64,000 bases of DNA, from contig OZ316892.1 in NCBI GenBank assembly GCA_973895155.1, forward strand, positions 29,146,932-29,210,931. Reading direction: 5' to 3'. Both the position numbers and the translations under genes were made by a program. This DNA is from Marsupella aquatica. Its lineage: Eukaryota; Plantae; Marchantiophyta. Of the stretch, positions 35,599 through 48,999 are shown piece by piece (position 1 is the first letter of the stretch; each line of letters opens with the position of its first letter). Under the pieces are notes generated by a model. That model was not told where the DNA came from. It saw nothing but the letters and a program-made list of their open reading frames with translations, and made no database searches.

Positions 35599-38500
35599 TT
35601 AGTAGAATTGGCCTCTACTGTAGGCCTTTCTCTGGTCACGAAAGTAGCTTAAGATGACTTTTCAATGTTGTGTATGGTCACAGCTCAACTTGTTTTCCTC
35701 GCAAAAGTCGGTGGTTGAGAATCCCAGGGCTTACTGGATGAAAGAAGGAGCCCCACCACATAATTATGGTCACCCATTGTTTCCGTCTAGCTTGCAGGGC
35801 TACCTTTTCCCATCCATTCTCCTATGTTTTGTTTGATTTTGTTTTGAGCACCTGGTTGCAGATTAACTTCTTCAATTACAATGTTTCTGGTGAGATTGAA
35901 GGTTTTCCCCTCGCCTGAGTGAGTGAGTGGTCCACTTTGCACGGCCATCTTAATGAGACAAGGCTCCACCCCCCCTTCCGAAAACGAAGGAATACTTCTG
36001 TACAATGAGATGACCACTCAGGGAATCCCCATTAACGTTCTGTAAAACAATGTGGTCACAACAGAATCCCATTGAGAGAGGCCATCTGCAAAAGCACAAA
36101 CTGGCAAAAGGACAGATTGTCAAGAAAACCCTACAATGAGGGTGGAACGAGACCACTGTGTCCAGTGCTGACGTGAACTAATAATTGACGCACACAATAA
36201 CTTCCAGACACAGTGCCAAGAAGGTACCAAAATAAAAGGTCCACTCCTGAGACGACGACAAGGAAATTTATAAACTAGTCTTTCGACTCACTCTCATATT
36301 CGGTGGCAGCTCAACCCCTTCTCTATGGACATGATAGGAGACGATGATGAGATGCGAATCCGATTTGATTGGTGAGAAATCCCACACAGCGAGAGAGAAG
36401 AACAAACTCCTTACCCCACCAGTCTCGTTCTGCAGCATCTTCGTCGATTACTGAGAGTACGACGCATGATTGTGCGTGTAGACTCCCGTGTAGACTTCGG
36501 CTCTAGACAACCTACTGAGCGGCTCACATTCATTTTTTACGTGGAAAGATCTTACTGAGCGGCTCGCATTCATTTCCGCAGGAGCCAGACACAGAACTTC
36601 AATTTTATTTGATTCAGAATTTGGACCGACCACCTCGAGTTCGAGAGTAAGTTGCAGTCATGGATCTTCAAGAGCGGCCAAGGCAGCCGCCTGCATGAGG
36701 ATTCCTGCGACATTATTTTTGTCAGGAGACCATCTGGATGATGAGAAATTGTGCTCCAAGCATATATAGCTCCGACTCCCCTACATCACGAAGAAGTAGC
36801 ACTAACCTGAATACCAATGAGATGCAAAGGAAGCATAGTCTAAATATCCACATTTTATCTTCTGTATTTGCAACTGAGCTATGAATGGTAGACTTAGATC
36901 GCGAATTATTGTATTATATAGATAGATAGATATTGTAATCAGATTACACTTCAAGAAGCCACGAAAATGAGTCCAGTCCACTAGTTTTGTAATTAGTTTG
37001 TGACCCCATGACTATGAGTGTAGCTGAAAGATCCTACTAAGGTAGACCCTCCTACGAAGGTAGACCCAACCCAGGAGATGTTTTTCTTGTCGCCTACTTC
37101 CAAAGTTTGTCTACCTACAGAACATCAGTCGTTAGGGAGTTTCCCTTCTCCCAATTTCATGATTAGTTGTCATCCATACATATAGAATTGATGATTTGAT
37201 AGAATCCTCAGCTTGGATAAGACCTCCATTTTCAAATTTTTGAACTCCAAAGAGATCTCAAATTATGGCAATTTATATATATATCAAAATAATTTAGTTA
37301 GTGAACTCTTGTTATCCACAGTAGATCTCCAGTGCGAACTTGATGGTAGAGTGGACCACAACGTTTGACCTCAGGGTATCAAAAAGTGTACACCAGATAC
37401 TTTTTGGTACCCAAAATAGTGGGAATGGACCACAAGGTGACCTTGGGATTCCTGTAAACCCAAATACTCTTCTGTTTCTTTTTAACAGCAGAATTAAGGT
37501 AAACCATGCCTAAGACTGGTAATGGGTTTTTAGGCATGGGAGAACCTCGTAAATTCATAATCAAAGCGAGAAGAAAACAAAATGCATAACAGTCATCACA
37601 ATTGCTGCCCATGTACCAGGGCCGTGGCCCACTCAAGGAGGAGGCATATATCGTTATTTGCCCTGAGTGGGGATCTTTTCTACCTAGCGTTTGAATCATG
37701 GGAGGTCTTTGGCGCTCTTGGCCCATCGTTGACCGTTTCTTTTGAGCGTGTGCAGTTTCTGTGTAGCACCATATCCCCCACTTGTGGCCCTCACTCATAG
37801 CTTCTTGTTGACAGCAGGTGTTAGTTACACTAGAGAGGGCTCATGCATCAACTATTCTTCAGAGGGCTGGTTTTAGAGTCTCTGACTAGTCAAATTCGTC
37901 TTTATGACATCCCTATGCAGTTTATTGCTGTGAGCTCTACCTTCAGTTTGATGCTCAGTAGGGCTTAATCCCAAATGGTGCCTTTGGGACACTGTCTCCT
38001 GGTTTGATGCTTTTGATTCTTTGACACTCAGTTTGAATAAAAATTCTCTTTTGGCTACACCAAGTAACAATGGTCCCATGGAGCTAAAGAAGCTAGCCTC
38101 AACTAGTACCAAAGAAGACATAGCAAGAGCCGCTGGACACGGAACACCAGCATCCCAAAAAGTCTTACCTACTGTCGGAGCAAAGATAGGAACAGCCAAA
38201 GAGAGACAATACCAGTAGAATGCACTAGAAGAAAAACATTAATTTTAAGGCTAGGCCAACTATGCCAACTACAAGGACAGAATCAGAGGTCAGCCAAGAA
38301 CCCAGAAATTACCTTTGCAGAACAGTTTCAGCCTGGGATTCAGCCACAGACCGGAGAAAACTTAGTGGCTTAGGAACCCTGCTTAGTAACTTACACAAAG
38401 TTGAATCCGAGGTGGATCCACAGATCCACTTTCTGATTTTGATCTCTGATTTTAGGGCTTAGGAATCACAAGTTGGAATCCCATTCCACTTACAGATATC

Positions 38501-40102
38501 AAATTGGGGAGATTTAAGTTTTAATCTCAAAGTAGTCTGAAAGTAGACTACTACCTTTAAAATTTAGACTATCTACTTTCAGACTTGATTTGAAACAGAT
38601 ATCTGAACTTTAGTTTTTTTCCTACTCAGATCAGGGTCTAAAGTTGGGAAGTTAGAGATGGAGGCAAGTGTTGGATTGGTGGCTTTTCACATTTTTACAT
38701 TTGACTGGATTTGGCTCCCAGTGGGGCTCCCAGAGGCATTACGAAAATCTCAAGGTATCTTTTGTAAAATCCAAAGCATATTTTATGTTTGATCCATCAA
38801 TGTGTTATGAGCAAGTTGGTCCCAAAATCCAAATATTGGAGTAGACAAAGGCCCTGCTATGGTATACTCACAAAAGGAAAACAGAATTGGAAAGCCTAAC
38901 TGAGGTTTCTCTGGTGGAGACAAATTGATTTTTCAAACTGCTCATGAAAGTAGGCTTTAGATGGCCCCTTTTGCCAAAAATTGGGGCATAGATGAGACAG
39001 TCTCTACTCAATTGTAAATCCTTCAATCTCCGGCAGTTCTCTAGCTAGGAAGAGGGGTAGTCAAGATCATATGACTGTGAGATGCAGACCATCACGGGTA
39101 GTCAAGGTGGTCCTAGTACAATATGTTGTTGGACTGGCTGGGCACACGAGCCTCTATGTCGTGGGTGGTACACGAGGTGATACATTGGGGGATGAGAGCT
39201 AGATGGAAGACGAATGAGGGGTACACAGTGTATGCTACATACACTCATCTTGAATATGAGAAAGATCCTCACTCAGTGTGAATGATGTAGAACATGAAGG
39301 CAAAATGGAAACCGTAACTCAAGTTTGATTTCTGTTTTGCCTTCGTTTGCAAATAAGAAAAAATTTCAGAGAGGGTATTTTAGAAATCCAATAGGGACTG
39401 TTTTTAAGATGGATTGGACTAAATGAGAAGCTTCATGAGAAATCGCATTGAATGCAATAGTGACATTGTGCCCATGATATTTACTCCACGTCTAATCCCG
39501 GCCCAAATTTTTAATTTAAAGTTTAGATGTTCTTAAGGGATTTGAGGTTAAGATGCCTTTCCAAAATTCCAGGCACCACAAGGCACCAAGTCATTGTGGC
39601 GTGCAGGAAACACAGCTACTCTTTGCTGGGAATCAAAACAACTGCCGCCTTCTCGTTTGTGCCAAATTTGGAGAAAATAATTGGTCGCCACACTGTAAAA
39701 ACAAGGCCTAAAGAAATTAAAAAACACAAAGGGAAAGATGAATTTTGTTTAACACTTAACCGCTTTACCTAATTTTGTTATTTTCAGCAAAGTAAAATAA
39801 TTCATTTGATTACATAAAAGAGTTTCAATTGTTTTTAATAATAACACAATAAGAAATGACAACTTGTCGGTGTTTGACAATAAACAAGAACCCATAGTTT
39901 ACTGGCTGTCACCCAGTCAAAACTGTTACACACCTGAAAAAGCCAAGGCAAAATAATGCACATCAATTGGCTGTCACAATTACACAAAAAGGTTGGCAAA
40001 CCTGACTAAGCCAAGGCAAAATAATGCAATAATGAAATTGTCAGTGCACATCCCCTCTGACCAAATCTTAAGAAGTCAAGGTAATTGCCCATCCCCACTA
40101 GA

Positions 40103-40354
40103 GCAAGTTCTGGAACAAAGTACAAGTTCTGGAACAAAGTACTTCAGACGTGCACCCTCTCTTTCATTGGATAGATATCAGTTCTTTGGAACTTGGGCTT
40201 CCTGTTTGGTACCTACCATACTTTAGTGTTTGAGAATTCAAAGTGCAACGAATTCAAAGTGCAACACACACAAGTTGATGGTTGCACAACAGAAAATTAA
40301 TGTACACTTATTTAGCTTCATGGTAAATTAATGTACACTTATTTAGCTTCATGG
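40103..40354. repeat. Cluster of three small perfect tandem duplications (about 19, 16 and 31 bp)
   Basis: caagttctggaacaaagta x2, gaattcaaagtgcaac x2 and aaattaatgtacacttatttagcttcatggt x2. Confidence 0.85.
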
Positions 40355-42459
40355 TCTATGGACTGTATAGGAGATACGAGATATACTATCATTGGAGAAG
40401 CGGAGAAAATTGCATTAAGTGGGAAAGCAAAGCAAATTGCACAATCACAGAATTTTGGGCTCCATGAAACTTATGAGGTACTTATCTTTTCTTTATAGGG
40501 GTTGTTTAATTCAGAGAAAACTTTACTTAAAGCTTGTTAGGGGTTTAAAAAAACTTAAAATTTTGGTTACTTTAAGTTAAGTAAGGGCAAGAGAAAACAT
40601 AGATTTCCTCTAAGTTAGGGGGTCTAGACCTGAAAACGTCACACCCAATGTAGGGCCCTACATAGACTGGCCCCCCAGGACTCAAGAGCTCATTTTCAAA
40701 ATGCACCTTGGATTTTCTCTAAAATTGTGAAACAACCATCCTGGTTACCCAAAGTTCTATGAATGAATTGTACTGATTTCTATATATTGCCTTGGCGATG
40801 AATGAGAAATGGTACAACAGCTGCAAAGCAATCATTGAGTAACATACTGTTCGATTGTAGTTAAATTCTGCTTTGTGTGTTGGAAGTAAACAGAATATGT
40901 GAGGGAAAGGAATTGGAGAGTTTTTGCAGGACTAGTGATCCTTGTGCATGTCAACACGCCCAGATCATGAACAGATGAAGGTCACACAGGCCAAGTTGAT
41001 TGCAAGCCAACTAAATGTAGAAGTTAAAATCAGTCCAAGCACATTCCTTAAAAGTACATTAACTCACCAATAGACACATTGAATTGTACAAAACTTTAAA
41101 CGATTATCAACAATGAGCCTGAAACGAAACGAACAAGCTCTATTAAACTCTGTTGACGATGTACACCCGAAACAACTGGGGGTCAATGAACTAATTATCT
41201 AGAACATTAAAGCAAGGGGAGGTAACTAAGAGTACATTCTATTATGGGCAGATACCAATTTATAACGTTTTTAGAGTGATCAAAGTAAATGAATGCTCTC
41301 CGTGAGCTAAGAGATTCTGTTGAGGGCAGATGACATTCTATTATGGGAAGATGGCATCCTAATAATGACACTCCTATATGGTGAATCCAATAATGACATA
41401 TAGAATACAATAATGACAATGAATTCAATTTTTATGTTTTGTCTTATTTATATTTTGTGTTCAATATTTTAATATGTTTTAACAAGATGAATTATTAATT
41501 TAATTTTGAATTAATTTTTGGATTCCTTTTAATTTTAGTGAATTTAGAGTATTTTGATATATTTGGCTCCCCTCATAAAAGTTTAATTTTTCCTTTTCAA
41601 TCACTCTTTACATCTGCCTTATTCTTTTATCATAAAATAAATTAGATGAATTACATATCACTATGAGACAAAAAAAAGACATATTCCAGGATGAACATGC
41701 TATATATACATGGGCGGAGCATTCTTGCTTTGTGTGTATACTGATTTAGAGAATTGAAAACAATGCTCAAAGTATATTAAGGCCCTGGAAGATGCTATTC
41801 TTGTTGGCCCATGAACCATGCCACCCCCATTTACACCATCACTCATATATTGACATCCTCCTTGTTTCCAAATGTTTTTCAGGAGTAAAATTTACCTTCA
41901 ATATCTCTATTGTTACTCAATGGAACAGGCTCTTCTCAGGATCAGAAAAAGTAGCTTGGAGAGATCTTTCCAAGCAGTCCAAAATCTTTAGTTTTCAGGA
42001 AGAATTGAGAGCTTGGTGAATTTCTACAGATCAGTCCATAGTTCAATCCCTACACTGGTTTGAAAAGAGTTTGAGCAGGTAATTTTGCCATTCGGTTCCT
42101 CCTCCAATATCTAATAATAGAACTTGATTTTTTATTGGTTAGTTAGAACTGGCTTGGAAAGATGTTAATAGTGAGCTTAATATATCTTCAAATTTTATTG
42201 AGATTGAGAGACCTACAAATTTTCAAAGATGTCTCATTTCTTGCCACATTTCCATTTGACTGATCCCTGTATTATATATTATAAAAATATGTATTATATG
42301 AGCAGAAAAGAGGGTGACCTCATTTTCTTGCCATGTCTGACTAATCTATATAATATGTATTATACAAATATTTATTTTAAGAGCAGAAAAGAGTGTTTTG
42401 TGGGAGTCCATATGGATCGAAAGTATATCCGAGCATTTTGGCAAGCATTACATTGGGCT

Positions 42460-43040
42460 TCAATTTCATTCCCATGAGATGTCCAAAAAGGAATCCCTGC
42501 CTTGAGCCTTTATTTGCTTGGAGCCTTTATTTCCCTGAAATGTCAATAAGTGCATAGTTGGATGGAAGGATAGTAAAACACTCCCCCAGATTCTTTCTTA
42601 CAAGTGTAAAGCATGTCAATTTCATTCCCCTGAGACGTCCAAAAAGGAATCCCTGTCTGGAGCCTTTATTTCCCTGAAATGTTAATAAGTGCATAGTTGG
42701 ATGGAAGGATAGTAAAACACTCACCCAGATTCTTTCTTACAGGTGTAAAGCATGTCAATTTCATTCCCCTGAGACGTCCAAAAAAGAATCCCTGTCTGGA
42801 GCCTTTATTTCCCTGAAATGTCAATAAGTGCATAGTTGGATGAAAGGATAGTAAAACACTCACCCAGATTCTTTCTTACAGGTGTAAAGCATGTCAATTT
42901 CATTCCCCTGAGACGTCCAAAAAAGAATCCCTGTCTGGAGCCTTTATTTCCCTGACATGTCAATAAGTGCATAGTTGGATGAAAGGATAGTAAAACACTC
43001 ACCCAGATTCTTTCTTACAGGTGTAAAGCATGTCAGGGAC
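42460..43040. repeat. Tandem array, 139-bp unit, about 4 copies
   Basis: Near-identical units. The ORF track shows the same 65-aa spurious peptide at offsets of exactly 139 nt (42527, 42666, 42805). Confidence 0.95.
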
Positions 43041-44256
43041 ATTTCCCTGACACGTGTAAAAGGAATCCCGGGGAATGGTCCCTGACTCCCCGTGATGAGT
43101 GCACAAAGCATCAAAAGTGTTGAATGAAGGAAAAGAAAGGGAAGGTGAGCAAAATCTTATTCCGGTAATCTTGTCGATTCGGTAGTCATAGATTCTCGGT
43201 TTCTTTTCTTAGACCGTTCCTTTGCTATTTTTGCTTTTCCGTTTCCCATTATCAGCATCAGCAATGAAGGGGCAAACTGGTATTCTGCAGTTGAAGACTG
43301 GTCCGGCAGTGCCCTCGCTTTCCCATAGATTTTTTAGTAATATTTTCCAAGTTTGTGTTCAGGTGTATTTACCCTCAAGCTGACTAAATCCGTCGTTTTT
43401 TCTCGGTTTGATCCAAGACCTTCAGCCTCTCCCGAGAATAATGTTACCTTTCTGATCACATTGAATGAACTGTGCGTGTCAGTAAATGGTGGGAAAAACC
43501 CAGTGGACACTTTGGATATTATTTTTGTGCACATTGCAAGCTTCTTCCATCTTGGTCTTCTGTATCAGTCAGTCAGTGCATGATCGGAACGAAATCCCAT
43601 TGGGCTCGTTGAATGGACGACGCACAATCATAGGAAGCTCTCCGCAAGTGGAGAGACCCAGTGAGCTCGTTCCAGTCTTTGCCCAGGATAAGAAGCCAAT
43701 TGGAAGCCCTCCATTGCGTTTCAGATGGCTGGGGCAGTGCAACCTCCACCCCCCATGAGCGCGTTTCGTGGGAGGCATCAAGCTATTCATGAAGCTCTCC
43801 TTCCGAACGAACTACAGCCGAGTTGTTACATGCAGCCATGTCATTTCAAAGCTTCACGACAACAGAGCCCAAAACTTGAACACGTGCTATAGATCAGGGA
43901 GTGGGAAAGCTTCACCTACTCTGGACAAATGCGTTGCTTTACTCCCACTTAAATTTGTCGACAGATGCGTTTTCTTTACTGCACATAATTTCGCGACAAC
44001 ATCGTTTGATCCTGATTCCGGCCAAGTGGATATGTTGACTATCTATCTATCTGCCACTCCATTGCCCTCTGGGAGAGATGGTGAACTTTCACATTGCCTA
44101 GCACACATATTAGCGATGCCAACTATGACTGTGTTCCGGAGAGAAAAATTCGGAGCTCGCTGAACTTTCAGAACTCCCCTACTACCAGAGCTTCGTCATC
44201 TTTTGATGTACGAAGCATACTGGTGTTCTGGGATCCAAACAAGGTAAAATTCTTCG

Positions 44257-46374
44257 CTAAAAATCGTTCTCATCTTCCAGCCAGGAATGTGCATTGACAA
44301 AAGATTCCGTCAGGAATGGTTTGGCCTGCGCTTCAGACAAACTCTTGGACCACCACACCCTCTGCGAAGTATCTGCACCGGGACCGTAACACTGATACTG
44401 GGCGTAAAAGACCTCACTGCCCACAGAACCAACAATAACAACCATCGTCAGCAATTCTAGCTCTTCTTTTACTTCGAAACGAACGACTAACTGGGCGACG
44501 ATTGCTAAGCAGAAGCTTGCTATTAAAAAAAGTCGCAAGCCCACCAAAAGTGAATCGATAATGCTATTGTTCCTTCTGATTTAGAACCACATCATGGGCG
44601 GAACACAAAAACGGCGATTAACACTAATAACCTCGAGATAAGCTTGAGCCCGTGAACATACTGATCGAACCAGCAATGTGAAGAGAAACTTACTTGTGCC
44701 GACTTGCAATTCCCCAATCTTGCCATCCTTCGGGCAGGACCATGCTGTTAAGGTATGACCAGGAGTAGACGACTCGAGAGTAGTTGCCCCAGGCTCGGCC
44801 CAAATAAACGATTCCAGTTCCGTCGATTAGGTTGTTGACGAAGGAGAAGCCAGTATTTTGGTCGGTCTCGTTCCTCTTTTGGGCTGTGAGTGAGCCGAAG
44901 CTTGTGGCAATGCTGTGAAGGTGAGAATCCTGCAATCGTGGACAATAGAACGGTAAGAGAGCAGACCTTGGTTACATTCTCTCCCAAAATGCGGACCAGA
45001 TTATGATAAAAAACCCTCATAAAACTCTTCCCGTGCAACATGAGAAAGGCCAAAGCCAGACGGAGAGCGGACTCGAATTTATGGCAGGAACTCTCAACTC
45101 TCAACTTTTAACTATTAACACTTCCACAGATTTCGGTCACCTTGTAGTAAGACCTTCCGTTGCCGAAGATGAAGTCGATGGAACCCTGGATGTAGCAGTT
45201 GCAAATATAATGGCGACCTAAGTGATCGTACAGTGTATCTTGAGCACCGAGAACGGCCACATTGAAAAGCGCGGCTTTGTCTCCGGAAAGCCTCAAAGCA
45301 ACGGCCTGCCTACCCACAGCTCCTGGCTCCGGAGCTGGGGCGGTGTTCTGCCAAAGTCGACGAAGCTCGCCATGCATCAGGTACTGATCGAAAGACTCAT
45401 CTCTCCAAAGAAAATGTGATAACGAATGTACAGCGAAGTGATAACTGAAGACTGGTACGTGGGAAGACATGTAGCATCCATAAAGCCATCACGTAAACAA
45501 CGAAGGCTTCTGTCACATTGAGCGAACACACAATGAGTCCAAAAAATCGAAGGCATACCTCGATGAGAATGTCCTTGGCGACGAAGTGATCGGAGTTCAC
45601 GCAAACGGTGCAGCTTCTGAAGGTTTTCAGAAACTCATCTCCCACCTGGTCCCCAGCTGTGGCGTTTCCAGAGATTCGAGTTTTGTCCGCGCCCTCGCCG
45701 ACCAGGGCGACATACTTCTGGCCATCACTGATAATGAATCTCTCACTGCGATAAGAAATGTAACAATGGTCAGCGGCGGAGGCGTCGACACAGATCAAAA
45801 TTTGAGAAATCGGCCATTTCATCAGTGCTGCACAATGTCATCAGGCCCGGAGATCGACGCCGATCAAATACAGGCTCAGATCATTACCACATTGATCACG
45901 CATGACGCTTCAGGCAACGCAAAGTACTTACTAGTAGGTTCCAGACTTGACAAAAATGATGACGCGGTCGCTATTCTGCTGGGGAACTGAATTCAAGGCA
46001 TCAGTGATGGTGCCGTAGTCCCCACTACCATCTTGGGCAACATAAATTGTCTTCGAGTCCTTAGATTTCTTCTCCGCCAGGTTTGGAAGCAGCGACTTCC
46101 GCACTTGCTGCTTTGCTACCCAGGCGTCGAAACCCGTGAGTTGCGTCTCTCCATCTCCAGCCTTGTGGTGAACCTCTTGCTGGACGCTCGATTCCACTCT
46201 CATCAGGCTCTCGTCTGACACTGGATCGGAAGTTTCGGCCATGTGCTCGAGCCATCCCTGATACTCGTCTTCGGTAAGAATTTGGGAGTTGGACTCGGCA
46301 CAAAAGCAGCACAGTACGACGGCTAGGATGATGCCCCCCACGTACGAATCCCAGTTGTTTCTGAAGCCTGCCAT
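44257..46374 (-). CDS. PME: Pectin methylesterase (pectinesterase, CE8) without PMEI pro-domain; 5 exons, about 410 aa
   Basis: Exons 46374-45932, 45745-45559, 45347-45141, 44929-44694 and 44416-44257, all GT-AG and in phase (1233 nt). Signal-peptide-like hydrophobic N-terminus. Motifs [48 protein letters not shown] and YQCYGPGA are intact. Confidence 0.95.
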
Positions 46375-48999
46375 AATGGAGCCTGCGCACTCGACGATAG
46401 GAAGCACTAATAATTAGCACGGTCAGCATGAAGAATGAACACTAGAGTCCTCGATCAACTGCATCGACGACGATACTAGGAAATGTCGCAACCCATGTAG
46501 AAAAATTGACGTTAAAATAGAAAGCTACAAGTGCCAATGCCTAAGATTGAATTTATGGCCAGCGGAAGATTGAAAGTTTCAAGGCTTCAGTCCTAGTTTT
46601 TACTCTGTGGGACACAATCATAATGCAGCGATTGAACCCCACCCACAAGACCCTAAATTCCACTAGACTACGTTTCAGTGGACTGTAGGATTATAACGGA
46701 AGCTTGCTGGTTGCGAAGTCCGCAGGCAAATGCTATTCGACAGCAATCCGAGTGAATGCCCTGGGCATTTGAGACCCGGGATTGGCCGTCATTACAAGCG
46801 ACAAATGCACAGCTGTGAGCTCGGGGTGAAGACTATGGCGAAATGCGACCCAAACTAAAAACCACGCCTGCAGCACCGATCAGAAAATGCTCATCGTTCA
46901 CACTCAATAGTAAGCAGTCGGTCATCGGACCACCACACCAACACCAGGCAGACAACTTCCAGCTACGCCGACGCCAGCGCGCTCCCAGGTTCAGGCATGG
47001 TCTCTAACTTGGGCAAAATCTCGCCAAAGTGCACAGACTGAAGGACGGTTTTCCTTCCTCGTGGAGTACTGGAAAACTCAACCTTTCCAGTTACAGCTCG
47101 TGATTTTGCTTGCATTGGATTTTACGCGTGAATCGCAAGTTCCTAAGAATGGCTGGCTAAATTCTAGATAACATTCTGCCGCCTGGTCTCGCGGTCTCCA
47201 AACCCGCAGATGCAACCATGTCGAGCTGAATGATCCGAGCAAGCCGGACGATCAGTGATTCATAAGAAAGGGATGGGCACGGTCTAGCTCACCACCACCT
47301 TCTTTACACTATCACAATCGGATGGATGAGCACGAGTTTGGGGGTAATACGAGGTTTTACCCCATAATCCTAGAACCAAAGAGGACGCTAAAATACGCAG
47401 CCAGAGTTGGACATTCAATGCAACTTTACTACTTCGACATGACCCGGAGCTGCACCTGAAGAATCTAATGCTCAGAAGACGAGCAAACTCCGCAGTGATG
47501 GAAAGACCTTCAACCGCAAACCAACCCTGTAGGCTGCAGCAGCTGATTTGCGCCAAACGATTCTTATCTACACACGAGATGTGTGTTAAGATGAAAATGT
47601 AAGGTGGAAACGGAAATTAAGCCGTAAGTTCAGCTGTCACCTCCAAAGGCACGAGCTGCGCCATACACTACTGCCTCAAGGAGTACCCTTTCGGGCGGGA
47701 GGGAGGCCTTAGTGAAATGGATGTGATGCCACTTAAACTATGAGCTCTCAAGTCTTATCAGCTCACTAAGTCGACGAACGTCCCAAGCAAATTAGTGAGA
47801 CAACAAATGGCTCTAGAGGAAAACACAAGTCTTGAAGTACTGAAGTACTTAACGTCCTCGCACGAGCAGCTGCGGCACTGTCATGCCAATGTCCTATGTA
47901 CTTCATGATGCAGATTAATGCGAGCGAGACAGTTTTAATTGGTGGCATGCGTTAGAGCGAAGTTTGCATTATTATTGGCTGCAGATGGGAAGTGATAAAT
48001 TGCAGCGTCCCTCAGTATCCAAAGAGAAGGCTTGTTGATATGCTTGTTGTCGCTCTGACTGAAGAAGGCCTTTCTTTCCCGTGTAGTCCCGCCCGCTGTC
48101 CAGCTGGCCTCCTGACCATCTGATCGATCTCGTGGTACGACAGTAGCTCTGCTGCTGCTGCCGAAGATCCTCTAAACGAAGCCTGCCTGCACACTTCTCC
48201 AGCTTGACAATCTGACGACATTCGCTTCGCTGGTAATCTGGGACAACAAGCCTGCACACTTCTCCAGTTCGAGATTCTGACGGCATTTGCTTCGCCGGTA
48301 AACTGGGACAACAAGAGAGAAGCGAGTGCTCAACCCCGTCCCCACACAGCGATCCGGCTTCCAGCCCCCATTCATGCCCGTCATGTCTCGCCATCTCCCC
48401 AAACCCCACACCGTCCTCTCGTCACTAGCTCCCGGCAACTTCTCATCCATTGCAGGTACATCGCCTTCAATTTGTACCCTGAGCAGCTCACTAGGTAGCA
48501 CAGCCCAGGCAACGTGGGCCTGGTTTCTCGGCTTGCAAATCCTCCTGCCAGGCCAGGGTATTAGCGCAGTTCCCATCGCCCTTGCCTGCAGCCCCCGCCA
48601 CTCCCCGCCCTGCAAGCTCTGCAACTCGCTGCAAGCCGTCGCCCCGGTAAGGAATCTCGCTCTCTAGTTTTTTTTGGGCCTGCCGCCTAGGCGACTGCTA
48701 GCTGGCCGTCGGGAGCTGTGCATTGCCTGTTGGATAGGGCCCACCAGAACCGAGGTCCTCCTGCAACAGGTCCCGCATGACTGACTTGATCAATCTCCTT
48801 CCCCTTTCAGATCCTGTCTCCCGCTTTGGCGTTTTTGTTATTTGGCAGCAAGTTCATCATCACTAATCTCCTGCCCTTTGGAATCCTGTGTCCCGGTTTG
48901 GCGTTTTTGTTATTTGGGAGTGATATATATATGTTCGGAAAACCACCGTGCAGTATCCGATCCTGCACAGGAGTGGGATTGAAAACCTCCCATGGAATG

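Noticed and set aside
35700-35790. YWMKEGAPPH resembling the mariner QQDGAPPH motif
   Set aside because: The catalytic Asp is absent and no other transposase motif or TIR is nearby.
42527-43002. Three paralogous 65-aa ORFs
   Set aside because: Artefact of the 139-bp repeat. They use non-ATG starts, fall in different frames and have no recognisable domain.
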